Origin: an uncultured Dehalococcoidia bacterium
GTDB lineage: Bacteria > Chloroflexota > Dehalococcoidia > Lucifugimonadales > UBA1127
Length of the DNA: 64,000 nucleotides
Direction: 5' to 3'
Assembly: GCA_964612825.1 (NCBI GenBank)
Contig: CAZTCW010000033.1
Location: 69,638-133,637, forward strand
Numbering within the stretch: position 1 is the first letter of the stretch; every line of letters begins with the position of its first letter. Positions 31,837-42,914 of the stretch are shown in pieces. The position numbers and the translations under genes are program-made. Under the pieces are notes generated by a model, which was not told where the DNA came from, made no database searches, and saw nothing but the letters and a program-made list of their open reading frames with translations.

Positions 31837-33033
31837 CTAATTAATTGAACCGAAATTAGGCAAAGATTGGAGTTTATTGACTAAATCAGGGAGAACCTCA
31901 AGGATCCGAGAAACTTCTCCGCTTGTATTCTCCCTGCCCAAAGTAAATCGCACACTGCTCCGCGCCACGTCTGCCGTTAACCCAATACTCGTAAGGACGT
32001 GAGAAGGCTCCAAAGAAGCGGTCGAGCATGCACTACCACTCGAAGCATATATTCCCTGGAGGTCCAATCCCAAAAGGATGGCTTCGCCCTCTAATCCTGG
32101 AAATGAGAAATGGGCATTACTTGCAAGCCTTTCAGTTGGATGCCCATTCAGTGTAGCGGAGGGCAACCTTTCATTTATTCCAGCAACGAGTTCATTTCTT
32201 AATCGGCGACAATGTTCCGAATTAGATCCCATCTCATTTTGAGCAATTTCTAAAGCTAGAGCCCCACCAACAATCAATGGAATGTTCTCAGTCCCGGACC
32301 GACGTTCCCGCTCTTGGCCTCCTCCCATTATAAGAGGAACGTATGGGGTCCCTCTCTTAATATACAAAATCCCTAACCCTTTTGGGCCATAAAATTTGTG
32401 GGAAGACAAACTAAGCATATCCACGCCGAGATCACTAACAGAAAGGGAGAGGAACCCAGCCGCCTGAACCGCGTCCGTATGAAAAAGAATCGTTTTAGAA
32501 AGATTTTTTGCTTTGTGCTTCACAATCCTAGAAATTTCTTGAATAGGTTGGATTGTACCAATTTCATTATTAGCATACATAACGCTCACTAACACCGTTT
32601 GATCTGTGATTGCCATTTCAACATCATCAGGATTTACCATCCCTAATCGATCAACCGGAAGTAATGTTACCTCGAATCCAAATTGTTCCAATTGGTGACA
32701 CGTATGGAGAACGGCATGATGTTCAATACTAGAGGTAATAATGTGGTTCCCCGTCTCCCGCAAACCGAAGGCAGCCCCCTTTAGAGCAGCATTATCCGAT
32801 TCTGTTCCTCCACTAGTAAATACAATTTCACTGGCTCTACAATCCAACGCTGTTGCAAATTTCTCGCGGGATTTATCCAAGCTTTTCCGCGCCTCTTGTC
32901 CAATGCCATGAAAACTTGACGCGTTACCAAAGCTCTCACGGAAATATGGAAGCATCGCCTGAATAACTTCCTCACGGACAGGAGTAGTAGCAGCATGGTC
33001 AACATATATGAATCTAGTGCTTTCGTCGGTCAA
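31837..33033 (-). CDS. Cysteine desulfurase (NifS/IscS class)
   Basis: The PLP lysine block [10 protein letters not shown] and the active-site loop SSGSACS. Confidence 0.93.
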   Translation of the reverse strand: MTDESTRFIYVDHAATTPVREEVIQAMLPYFRESFGNASSFHGIGQEARKSLDKSREKFATALDCRASEIVFTSGGTESDNAALKGAAFGLRETGNHIITSSIEHHAVLHTCHQLEQFGFEVTLLPVDRLGMVNPDDVEMAITDQTVLVSVMYANNEIGTIQPIQEISRIVKHKAKNLSKTILFHTDAVQAAGFLSLSVSDLGVDMLSLSSHKFYGPKGLGILYIKRGTPYVPLIMGGGQERERRSGTENIPLIVGGALALEIAQNEMGSNSEHCRRLRNELVAGINERLPSATLNGHPTERLASNAHFSFPGLEGEAILLGLDLQGIYASSGSACSTASLEPSHVLTSIGLTADVARSSVRFTLGRENTSGEVSRILEVLPDLVNKLQSLPNFGSIN

Positions 33034-33141
33034 TTTAATCCTCTACGGGTTCTAATTGAAAATTCTCGTTTTAGGAATCAATAATTCGCATTCAACTCAT
33101 CCAATATCTTACCACTGTATGGATCATCTCAAAAGCTTCCT

Positions 33142-33987
33142 TCACCATGCCAGAGTTTTATTCAGAAGTTTTTTGTAAACACTTGAAGGGATAAACGATC
33201 GCCGATGAACGTCTAGAGAATAATATCTACATTGGATCTTCGATGACCGCCGTAAATGTCGAGGTGAATACTTTTTTGAACCGATAGAAAAGGTCCACCA
33301 ATTCCCAGAATAAGTTGCGGAACTCATGGTATATAAATCCACTATTGGAAAATGATTTGCAAGGAAAGATTGGGTTTCTAATAAAAATTCCCTGTGGAAA
33401 TGGAGAGATTCCGTTTGGGCAGCCAAAATCCCGTCTTCTTTCAGAGATAGATTGGCGTTCTCCAATGTTTGGTCAGACAGTAGGCTTTCAGCGCCTCCAA
33501 CAGGATCAGGCCCATCAATGATGATTGCATCAAATTTAGACGAAGCGTCTCTGAGGAATTGAGTCCCGTCCATGTGAATTATTTGAACCCTAGGATCTTC
33601 AAAGGCGGTTGAGAGATTTGGGAAAAATTTTTTGGATACATCCACGACCATATGATCAAGTTCTACCAATGTAACAGTAACTACACTCTGATGTTTGAGC
33701 ACCTCCCTCACACTGCCTCCATCTCCTCCCCCAATAATGAGGACATCTGTAGGGCAGGGATGGGATGCCAATGGCACATGGACGAGAAGCTCATGATAAA
33801 AAAATTCATCCCACTCCGTGAGTTGTACCACATTATCCAGAAGAAGCATCCGGCCAAAAAACGGGTGGAATAAAACATCAATCTTTTGAAATTCACTTTG
33901 AATAGAATATAGATTGTTAATATTGCGATAAACATTGGTCAGAGGGGAAAATGGGTCCGATTCGCGAAATTCGCTTTGAGATGTCAT
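33142..33987 (-). CDS. speE: Polyamine aminopropyltransferase (spermidine synthase)
   Basis: VLIIGGGDGGSVREVLKH, and DAIIIDGPDPVG containing the catalytic Asp region. Confidence 0.9.
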   Translation of the reverse strand: MTSQSEFRESDPFSPLTNVYRNINNLYSIQSEFQKIDVLFHPFFGRMLLLDNVVQLTEWDEFFYHELLVHVPLASHPCPTDVLIIGGGDGGSVREVLKHQSVVTVTLVELDHMVVDVSKKFFPNLSTAFEDPRVQIIHMDGTQFLRDASSKFDAIIIDGPDPVGGAESLLSDQTLENANLSLKEDGILAAQTESLHFHREFLLETQSFLANHFPIVDLYTMSSATYSGNWWTFSIGSKKYSPRHLRRSSKIQCRYYSLDVHRRSFIPSSVYKKLLNKTLAW

Positions 33988-33992
33988 ATAAC

Positions 33993-35084
33993 CTACACTA
34001 AAATGACGGGAGGAATTTTCATCCCATTAAAGTTTGAAGCGTAAGCTGAAGTATAAGCCCCAGCCGGAGAGATGGAAATCTTATCACCCACTTGAAGTTT
34101 AGGAAGCGTGATTCCTCTGGCAATTACATCGAAACTGTCGCAGGATGGCCCTGCAAGAATCCATTCAACCACCTCTGATGACACCGGAGTCGAAAGTGGC
34201 TGAAATCGATAAGTAATTCCCCCAACCGTTTCCATGAGACCATTAAACACCCCGGAATCCAAATACATCCAATTTTTCCCCTCGCGGAACGCAGTACCTA
34301 TTACTGTAGTGACCAAAGTTCCCGCATCAGCGACCAAAGCCCGTCCTGGCTCTACTGATAACGAGATTTCCTTAGGGAACAGTTCATCCACACAACTCAG
34401 GATATGATTCATGATATCTTCAATCCTAGGGACTCCGGTTTCATGTTTGGCGGGAAACCCCCCACCTAAATTTAAATGGGTCAATCTCATTCCATTTTTT
34501 CTCGCAAGATCCCAGACAAGAGCTGCACGTTTGATGGCCTCAGTCCAACTGAAAAATCCAGTGCATTGAGAGCCGACGTGGAACGTCAACCCACTTGGCT
34601 GCAGCCCTAAGGACTTTGCTTCGCTTAACAGACCGGCAGCCTCATCCGGAGGCAAGCCGAATTTCTCAGTTAGGGGCCAGGAACTTTCGGAATTATCGGT
34701 TACCATTCTCACGATTACCCGTGAGCCTGGAGCGAACTTAGCTATTTTATCAATTTCATCACCTGAATCGATTACAAATTCTCTAATTCCAGATTCGTAG
34801 GCATACCGGATAAAGCTGGGTATCTTAACTGGGTTACCAGAAATTATCAGTTTGCTTGGGACATTAAGCTTCAACAAACGATTCAATTCATCTGAAGAAG
34901 CAATTTCGAATCCGACACCCAATTCCGCAATAAATTTCAATAGGCCACGGTCCGGGTTAGCCTTAACTGAATAGTATGTTTTAACCTGAGAACGAAAACC
35001 AGAAAATTGGGCAATTTTCTCCGTTAATATTTCCTTATCCATTAATATATATGGACTGCCTCTTCTCGGAGAAATGTTTATCAT
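33993..35084 (-). CDS. Type III PLP-dependent (alanine racemase fold) basic amino-acid decarboxylase, ornithine decarboxylase-like
   Basis: YSVKANP (PLP lysine), HVGSQ, LNLGGGFP and GPSCDSFD. It lies 5 nt upstream of speE. Confidence 0.8.
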   Translation of the reverse strand: MINISPRRGSPYILMDKEILTEKIAQFSGFRSQVKTYYSVKANPDRGLLKFIAELGVGFEIASSDELNRLLKLNVPSKLIISGNPVKIPSFIRYAYESGIREFVIDSGDEIDKIAKFAPGSRVIVRMVTDNSESSWPLTEKFGLPPDEAAGLLSEAKSLGLQPSGLTFHVGSQCTGFFSWTEAIKRAALVWDLARKNGMRLTHLNLGGGFPAKHETGVPRIEDIMNHILSCVDELFPKEISLSVEPGRALVADAGTLVTTVIGTAFREGKNWMYLDSGVFNGLMETVGGITYRFQPLSTPVSSEVVEWILAGPSCDSFDVIARGITLPKLQVGDKISISPAGAYTSAYASNFNGMKIPPVILV

Positions 35085-35328
35085 GAAATTTGCCTTTAGG
35101 AATGTTATCAGTTGTAGTTTTTAAGAGTAAATAAATTAAAGCAGGTATTTACAACCTCACCCTCATGCCTCAAGCCCGTGAGCCTAGAAATCCAAATCCT
35201 TGATAAAAAGATTATCAGGAAATACCTAATTAGTACAATTCGGCCCAAGACACCTAACAAGAGGGTTTATATCGCTTTTCCAAACCACCAACGAAACCAC
35301 TAACGATGGAGTATAGGTATAACCACAC

Positions 35329-35357
35329 TTGACAACAATTCGCCCAATGATTACTAT
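35329..35357 (+). promoter_or_regulatory. Putative groESL promoter, TTGACA-N17-TACTAT
   Basis: TTGACA at 35329-35334 and TACTAT at 35352-35357, immediately upstream of the CIRCE element. Confidence 0.55.
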
Positions 35358-35370
35358 ACAGGCTCGCAAT

Positions 35371-35397
35371 TTAGCACTTAAGCCTTAGGAGTGCTAA
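35371..35397 (+). promoter_or_regulatory. CIRCE operator (HrcA binding site)
   Basis: TTAGCACTT-N9-GAGTGCTAA against the consensus TTAGCACTC-N9-GAGTGCTAA. It sits between the promoter and the groES SD. Confidence 0.9.
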
Positions 35398-35420
35398 TCC
35401 GAGTTAAAAAGGAGGAAGCC

Positions 35421-35717
35421 GTGGCGCGTACCTATGAACCGATGGGTGATCGGGTATTAGTAAGGCCCATTGAACGCGAAGACGTAAGTCCCGGAGGAAT
35501 TTTTTTGCCGGATACCGCCAAGGAGAAACCGCAAGAAGGAGAAATCATCGCGGTTGGACCTGGCAGGCTAACTGAAGACGGCAGTAGGGTTCCCATGGAT
35601 CTAAAAAAGGGAGAACTCGTCTTGTATGCAAAATATGGAGGGACCGAGATCAAAGAAGACGGAACCGATTATTTAATGCTGAGCGAGCGAGATATCTTGG
35701 CAAAAGTTAATGGATAA
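35421..35717 (+). CDS. groES: Co-chaperonin GroES
   Basis: PMGDRVLVRP ... GEIIAVGPG ... VLYAKYGGTEI. The GTG at 35421 lies 5 nt after GGAGG. The track start at 35391 would lie inside CIRCE. Confidence 0.95.
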   Translation: MARTYEPMGDRVLVRPIEREDVSPGGIFLPDTAKEKPQEGEIIAVGPGRLTEDGSRVPMDLKKGELVLYAKYGGTEIKEDGTDYLMLSERDILAKVNG

Positions 35718-35737
35718 ACTGAGAATTTTTGAGTTGA

Positions 35738-37369
<1,632 letters not shown>

Positions 37370-37384
37370 AATACAAGAAAAGGT

Positions 37385-37421
37385 AAAAAAAAGGGTGGCT
37401 TTGATTGCCACCCTTTTTTTT
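37385..37421 (+). terminator. Rho-independent terminator after groEL
   Basis: A-tract, then the stem GGGTGGC/GCCACCC with a TTTGATT loop, then a T8 run. Confidence 0.85.
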
Positions 37422-37426
37422 CTTTC

Positions 37427-37455
37427 TTGACACTAATTCCCTATGAAGTTAGACT
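37427..37455 (+). promoter_or_regulatory. Putative promoter, TTGACA-N17-TAGACT, upstream of the MaoC genes
   Basis: TTGACA at 37427-37432 and TAGACT at 37450-37455. These are the same hexamers and spacing as the site at 11592-11620. Confidence 0.4.
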
Positions 37456-37503
37456 GCTCCACAGCTTTTCCAAAACGCGATACATCAGTTACGATTACAA
37501 CTT

Positions 37504-37974
37504 ATGCAAGAACCATTTACTCTAACAGATGAATTACGCCAAAGCATATTAGGTAGGGAAGGTGTACCAACCCACTTAGACATTGAAAAGGGACACGTCA
37601 AACGCTTCGCAGAGGCAATAGGGGATTCAAACCCCCTTTGGACCAACGAAGAAACTGCCCTCCAAAGTCCAAATCAAGGATTGACTGCCCCACCAACGTT
37701 TTTGAGGGTCGCTACTGCCGTCCTCCCTGAAGTGCCCGAACTTGAACCCCTAAACCGCCTATTAGATGGTGGAAGCGAGTGGGAATTTCGACAACCTGTA
37801 TACGTCGGCGAGACAATCACAGCGGTTAGTAAAATAACCAGTATTCGACAACGTAATTTAAGCGTCGGTCCGGCAGTTTTCTTACAGAGTGAGACCACCT
37901 ACAGTCGAAAAGACAAATCAATAACCGCGATACAACGATCTACTGTAATTCTCTATTCTGAGCCGGAGGATTAG
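37504..37974 (+). CDS. MaoC-N / FAS1-like dehydratase hot-dog domain protein
   Basis: 156-aa hot-dog-sized protein (IEKGHVKRFAEAIGDSNPLW), directly upstream of a MaoC dehydratase. Confidence 0.72.
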   Translation: MQEPFTLTDELRQSILGREGVPTHLDIEKGHVKRFAEAIGDSNPLWTNEETALQSPNQGLTAPPTFLRVATAVLPEVPELEPLNRLLDGGSEWEFRQPVYVGETITAVSKITSIRQRNLSVGPAVFLQSETTYSRKDKSITAIQRSTVILYSEPED

Positions 37975-37977
37975 ATT

Positions 37978-38418
37978 TTGTCCGAGCAACTTTATTGGGA
38001 AAATGTTACTGCCGGTCAGGAATTACCCATCTTGCTAAAAACACCTTCCACTCAGCAGTTGGTCAAATATGCAGGAGCCTCAGGAGATTTTTACCAGATA
38101 CACTATGATAAGGATTTTGCCATCAATAAAGGATTGCCAAGTGTCATTGTACATGGCGCGCTTAAGAGTGCGTTCCTTGCACAACTGCTGACTGATTGGG
38201 TGGGCACCCGAGGCAGCCTAAAAAAATTATCGATACAGTATCGGGGAATGGATGTCCCAGATGACCCCCTCACTTGCCGGGGAATAGTAACTCGAAAATA
38301 CCAAGTGGGTAATGATTGTTTAGTCGATTGCGAAATATGGATAGAGAACTCCCAAGGGCAAACGACTACTCCTGGAACAGCTACAGTCATGCTCCCTTCA
38401 CATGGGTCCATAGTTTAA
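37978..38418 (+). CDS. MaoC family (R)-specific enoyl-CoA hydratase hot-dog domain protein
   Basis: YAGASGDFYQIHYDKDFA ... VIVHGAL is the MaoC motif region. TTG start 7 nt after GGAGGA. Confidence 0.8.
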   Translation: MSEQLYWENVTAGQELPILLKTPSTQQLVKYAGASGDFYQIHYDKDFAINKGLPSVIVHGALKSAFLAQLLTDWVGTRGSLKKLSIQYRGMDVPDDPLTCRGIVTRKYQVGNDCLVDCEIWIENSQGQTTTPGTATVMLPSHGSIV

Positions 38419-38456
38419 CGAACATTTATACCTAACTAGGTTGAGAACCTGAACAT

Positions 38457-38484
38457 TCTTCCAGGAATTGAAACACCTGGAAGA
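38457..38484 (+). other. Intercistronic stem-loop between the MaoC and SDR genes
   Basis: Perfect 9-bp stem TCTTCCAGG/CCTGGAAGA with a 10-nt loop and no following T-run. Confidence 0.4.
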
Positions 38485-38530
38485 GTTACTAATGGAAAAT
38501 AGTTGGCAGGGATCACAAAGAGAATAAAAA

Positions 38531-39406
38531 ATGGCGAATACATTATCTGGACAAGTCGCTTTAATTACAGGTTCAGGTCGAGGCATTGGCAAAGAAATCG
38601 CCTTACATATGGCTGTAGAAGGCGCAAAAGTTATAGTTAACGATCCTGGAGTTAACGTTGATGGGAGTCAAGGTTCCGAATCCCCCGCTGATTCAGTAGT
38701 GAAGGAAATCCGCAAATTTGGAGGAATTGCTGAGCCCAACTTTGGGAATGTTTCAAATTTCTCTGATGCAAAATCAATGACTGAAGAGGCGATCCACGAA
38801 TTCGGGAAACTCGACATAGTAGTTACCTGTGCCGGTATTCTCCGTGACAGGATGATATTCAACATGACCGAAGAAGAATGGGATGCGGTCGTTGATACCC
38901 ATCTCAAGGGAACGTTCAATGTTTTAAGGCACGCCTCCTCCTATTTCCGTGAACAAAGGTCAGGGAGAATTATCACATTTAGTTCGGAATCAGGACTCTT
39001 GGGAAACCAAGGCCAATCAAACTACAGTGCCGCCAAAGAAGGAATCCTTGGATTAACCAGAACTATCGCACAAGAAATGAACCGTTATGGGGTGACCTGC
39101 AACTCAATCATTCCGCGAGCCTCTACCAGATTGATTTCTGCTGTCCCAAGCGCTAACGGCGAACGAACAGGAGTAACCCAAGCATGGGATTTAGAAAAAC
39201 TCCCAGCAAATTCAGTAGCACCCTTCGCTACCTACCTTGCAGGCCCATTCGCACAAGAAATAAATGGCCGAATATTTTTAGTTTATGGGAACACAATTTC
39301 TCTAATTTCTGAACCGGTCCCGAAGGAAACAATGACAAAGGCCGGCCACGAAATTTGGAGAGTTGATGAGATTCGTTCCCGAATTTCCGAAGAATTAGCG
39401 CTATAG
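38531..39406 (+). CDS. SDR family oxidoreductase (3-hydroxyacyl-CoA dehydrogenase-like)
   Basis: The TGSGRGIG cofactor motif and the catalytic YSAAK. Confidence 0.88.
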   Translation: MANTLSGQVALITGSGRGIGKEIALHMAVEGAKVIVNDPGVNVDGSQGSESPADSVVKEIRKFGGIAEPNFGNVSNFSDAKSMTEEAIHEFGKLDIVVTCAGILRDRMIFNMTEEEWDAVVDTHLKGTFNVLRHASSYFREQRSGRIITFSSESGLLGNQGQSNYSAAKEGILGLTRTIAQEMNRYGVTCNSIIPRASTRLISAVPSANGERTGVTQAWDLEKLPANSVAPFATYLAGPFAQEINGRIFLVYGNTISLISEPVPKETMTKAGHEIWRVDEIRSRISEELAL

Positions 39407-39448
39407 TTACACTCAGTACATTGTATCCGAGAACTAATATTCAGAAAT

Positions 39449-39907
39449 TCAAACGGCTGCGATCAATTCTATTTCGATAGGAACGCCCCCAGGCAAACTC
39501 TCAGCACCTAAGGCTACTCTGGCATGCTTACCCCGGTCACCAAATACTCCTACGAGCAGATCAGATGCTCCATTCGCTACAGTAGGATGTTCGGTATAAT
39601 CAGGGGAGGCGTTCATAATACAAACCATCTTGATAATCCGTTTTACATTGTCCAAGTCACCTATCTCTGACTGTATGGTTGAAAGCAATGATAAGGTAAC
39701 TTGCCGAGCTAATTCGTAGGCTTGACTGGTGGAGATATTTTCCCCAATTCTCCCGTTAACTGGCGATCCGTCAGGGTTACGAGGAATATGACCTGACAGA
39801 AAAATCATATCACCGTGTCGTACAATCGGAACATAATTAGCGACCGGGACAGATAGCGCTGGAAGCGATAGACCCATAGCTTTAAGTTTCTGTTCAATTT
39901 TTGCCAT
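39449..39907 (-). CDS. RidA / YjgF / L-PSP family protein
   Basis: About 150 aa. The C-terminal block ARVALGAESLPGGVPIEIELIAAV is typical of the family. Confidence 0.85.
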   Translation of the reverse strand: MAKIEQKLKAMGLSLPALSVPVANYVPIVRHGDMIFLSGHIPRNPDGSPVNGRIGENISTSQAYELARQVTLSLLSTIQSEIGDLDNVKRIIKMVCIMNASPDYTEHPTVANGASDLLVGVFGDRGKHARVALGAESLPGGVPIEIELIAAV

Positions 39908-39987
39908 TGTTACCTCTAATAATTTTCTACCTATATCTAATGGAGGGGATTGTCGGCGGGCTAAATCAATTTACAACCAATGTCGCC

Positions 39988-40518
39988 TTATATGGTTTTT
40001 ATCCAGTCCGATTTTGAAATTTCCATCAACAAAAATCTCTTACCATTTCGAACAACCTTTTTTAGCGGAAGAAAACCACATTTTTTAAAAGAACGTTGCG
40101 CCCGAAAATTCCAATCTAATGTATGTAGATACACATGATTTAAAGGTGTAAAGGAGAAGATATACCTCAAAAGGAGTTGGACAGCCTCCGTACCATAACC
40201 TTTACTCCAATAATCTCTGTCCCCAATTAAAATTCCCAATTCTGTCTTCCCGCTGATGTAGTTGATATCGTAAATCATACAATTTCCAATGTGTAAACCA
40301 TGGACACTGTCAACAGCAAAGCGAATAGACCACGGATTTTCAAGCCGAAGCTCATCTCCAAAAAACCTAAAATAGTCACTGAATTTCATTGTGAGGGGTG
40401 CCGATGCGTCAAGTTCCGCTAATTCAGGGTCAGTTCTCCATTGGTAATCATCTTCTGCATCGTCGAGAGTTTTGTTGCGAAGTAATACTTTCTCACCCAC
40501 CAAACCTAGTTGATTCAT
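39988..40518 (-). CDS. GNAT family N-acetyltransferase (RimJ/RimL-like)
   Basis: LRNKTLDDAEDDYQW ... GKGYGTEAV ... NFRAQRSFKKCGF pattern. The ATGA at its start overlaps the upstream Nudix stop by 4 nt. Confidence 0.8.
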   Translation of the reverse strand: MNQLGLVGEKVLLRNKTLDDAEDDYQWRTDPELAELDASAPLTMKFSDYFRFFGDELRLENPWSIRFAVDSVHGLHIGNCMIYDINYISGKTELGILIGDRDYWSKGYGTEAVQLLLRYIFSFTPLNHVYLHTLDWNFRAQRSFKKCGFLPLKKVVRNGKRFLLMEISKSDWIKTI

Positions 40519-40964
40519 GAAGCTGAACTCGATTCAAGTTGGGTTATAGCCTTCTCAACGACACTCACTTCATTTGGATAAGTCATCAATGCAATTGCCT
40601 TGGAAACAGGCAGCCAGAAAACATCGTCAAATTCAAAATCATGGTCTTCTATATTCCCTCCTACGGGACTCATCAAGAAAAAATGAACCGTTTTCTTGAA
40701 CAATCTTTTATCATGGCGGTTCGCGAAGGAATATTGAATATACCCCAATGGGGAATCGATGATTACAGACAGTCCTGTCTCCTCTAAAACTTCCCTAACC
40801 GCTGTTTCTTCCAATGATTCACCGGAATTCGGGGTGCCTTTTGGGAGGCACCAAGTATCCGGGGTTTTCCTATGGCACAAAACGACCTGAGTTTCATCCG
40901 ATTCGGTAAAATGAACCACTCCACCCGATGAAATAAGATATTCCACGTCCCTGGTTTTTTCCAC
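40515..40964 (-). CDS. NUDIX hydrolase
   Basis: Nudix box GTPNSGESLEETAVREVLEETGL. The GTG at 40964, 5 nt after GAGG, avoids the 86-nt overlap with the HEAT gene that the track start at 41063 implies. Confidence 0.85.
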   Translation of the reverse strand: MEKTRDVEYLISSGGVVHFTESDETQVVLCHRKTPDTWCLPKGTPNSGESLEETAVREVLEETGLSVIIDSPLGYIQYSFANRHDKRLFKKTVHFFLMSPVGGNIEDHDFEFDDVFWLPVSKAIALMTYPNEVSVVEKAITQLESSSAS

Positions 40965-40977
40965 AGTTGCCTCGTTC

Positions 40978-41901
40978 CTAAAGCTTGTACTCAAATGCCA
41001 AGGGGTCTTCATTTGCTTCCAAAGCTTCAAGCGCTGCTTGAGTAGTTTCCAGGATTGATTCATCTTCGTGATTCAAGCAGCTGACTAAGACCCTTTTTGC
41101 CAAAGAACCTCCGATAAACCCTAAGGCAGTTATTGTAGAGAGTCGAACTTGAAGGTCATCGTCGTTTAGCAGTGTAACAAGTTGAGGGATTACCATTTCT
41201 TCCCCCATTCTCCCTGAAGCACATACGGCTTCATAACGCATAGCGGGATCAGAATTAGAGAATTCGTTAATAATGATGGGAACCCAACCAGGGTCCGAGT
41301 TAAAGCCCATTGAAAATACAGCACTCTCTCGCATTTTTGGACTTTCATGGTGATACGCCCATCTAATAAGCTCCTTAATGGATTCATCACTAAATGGACT
41401 TAAAGCTTCAACAGATCTCCGCCTGACATTCAAACTCTCTACGGAAGAATTGACGATGTCCATCAGGGATTTACGGACTCGTATTGCGTCATTGGTCAAC
41501 AATTTATTGGACTCTGCCAAAACAACAAATTTTCGTAAACCTAAAGCAGCAGCAGCTCGAACCTCTTCAGAGGGATCTTTTTGAAGGAGGGTTATATAAA
41601 TGGACAACAAGGATCGTTCTTCACACTCCCAAAGACCAGAAATAGCAGCTTCACGGACTTCTGGAGAATCATCTTTCAACGCAAACTTGAAAACCGGATT
41701 AAAATTTAACTCCACATCCTCTTCCGCCATCCCAACCATCAAAGTAAGAAATTCTATGCGTAGATTGGGCTCAAATTTCTTCCAAATTGTCGATACTAAA
41801 CCAACATCAGAAGGTGAGAGCCCTGATAATTGAGATAATGAGCTTGGTTTCACTATCCGATCATCCTGGACCATCTCTTCAAGTAATTGTTTCAAAGACA
41901 C
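40978..41901 (-). CDS. HEAT-repeat protein
   Basis: Repeated units of about 30-35 aa, each with D/E..VR.AA...LG (SPEVREAAISGL, SEEVRAAAALGL, DPAMRYEAVCASG, DLQVRLSTITALG). Confidence 0.7.
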   Translation of the reverse strand: MSLKQLLEEMVQDDRIVKPSSLSQLSGLSPSDVGLVSTIWKKFEPNLRIEFLTLMVGMAEEDVELNFNPVFKFALKDDSPEVREAAISGLWECEERSLLSIYITLLQKDPSEEVRAAAALGLRKFVVLAESNKLLTNDAIRVRKSLMDIVNSSVESLNVRRRSVEALSPFSDESIKELIRWAYHHESPKMRESAVFSMGFNSDPGWVPIIINEFSNSDPAMRYEAVCASGRMGEEMVIPQLVTLLNDDDLQVRLSTITALGFIGGSLAKRVLVSCLNHEDESILETTQAALEALEANEDPLAFEYKL

Positions 41902-42109
41902 AAATATTCTCCGTCCAGTTAGAAAAAGTAAATCACTGCCTCTCCTAGGTTGTTCTTTCCTCTAGGAGCGTTTCACCTTAATAGATGGTCCGTAACACGG
42001 CAGGAATTCATAAGCAAGGAAACTTTATGGCATTATATCAATCCTTAAAGAGATTCACTACTTCTAATTTAATCAATTGTTTTATAATATCGAGCAAGCC
42101 ATAGGAAAC

Positions 42110-42136
42110 CTTGAGATTTCCTGCGGAAATCTCAAG
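42110..42136. promoter_or_regulatory. Perfect 12-bp inverted repeat (operator or 5'-UTR hairpin) upstream of the nth-like gene
   Basis: CTTGAGATTTCC-TGC-GGAAATCTCAAG. It lies about 22 nt downstream of a TATAAT at 42083-42088 and 47 nt upstream of the GTG start. Confidence 0.45.
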
Positions 42137-42182
42137 AAAAATATCCACTTTAGAAACAAATAGAATCCAAAGGAATAATTAA

Positions 42183-42872
42183 GTGCCTCGTCTGAGAGAG
42201 TCCAAACCCTTAAAAGATGCAAGCGTTTTCTCTGTCGAAGAGGTAAACGGGCTGTTAAAAACACGGTACGGTCCTTTTCGTTGGGTTCAACGGTATAAAC
42301 CAATCACTGAATTGGTTTATACCATCCTTTCCCAACACACATCGGACTTAAACTCCCAGAGGGCAGGCGATATTTTATTTAACAAATTTGGGTCATGGGA
42401 ATCGGTAACAGAGGCTCCATTGAGCGTGATTGAGGAAACCATCCGGTCCGCTGGATTGTCCAAACAAAAAGCCCCAAGGATAAAAGGAGCTTTACAAACC
42501 ATCCTAACATTACGTGGCAGTCTAAATCTGGATTTCCTAGCGGGATTACCATTGGATGAAGCAAAATCCTGGCTGCGCCAATTACCAGGTGTAGGACCAA
42601 AAACTACGGCGATAGTTCTCTGCTTCGCTCTTGGAATGCCCGCAATGCCCGTAGACACTCATATCCATCGAGTCTCAAAGCGTCTTGGATTAATAGGCCC
42701 AAAAGTAAATGCCGACCTAGCCCACGATCTACTTGAACCAATGGTTCCCCCCAATGAGATATTCTCATTCCATATGGGATTAATTGTACATGGAAGAACT
42801 ACATGTAAGGCTTTACGTCCGCGCTGCAATGATTGTATTCTAAGAATTAAATGCCCTTCGAAATTGAATTAA
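42183..42872 (+). CDS. Endonuclease III-like HhH-GPD DNA glycosylase with a 4Fe-4S cluster
   Basis: HhH LPGVGPKTTAIVL, the catalytic region PVDTHIHRV, and the C-terminal motif C-X6-C-X2-C-X5-C (CKALRPRCNDCILRIKC). Confidence 0.85.
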   Translation: MPRLRESKPLKDASVFSVEEVNGLLKTRYGPFRWVQRYKPITELVYTILSQHTSDLNSQRAGDILFNKFGSWESVTEAPLSVIEETIRSAGLSKQKAPRIKGALQTILTLRGSLNLDFLAGLPLDEAKSWLRQLPGVGPKTTAIVLCFALGMPAMPVDTHIHRVSKRLGLIGPKVNADLAHDLLEPMVPPNEIFSFHMGLIVHGRTTCKALRPRCNDCILRIKCPSKLN

Positions 42873-42914
42873 CCCCAAATTACTTTCTGGAAACCTTCGA
42901 GCTAAGCCCCTTTT

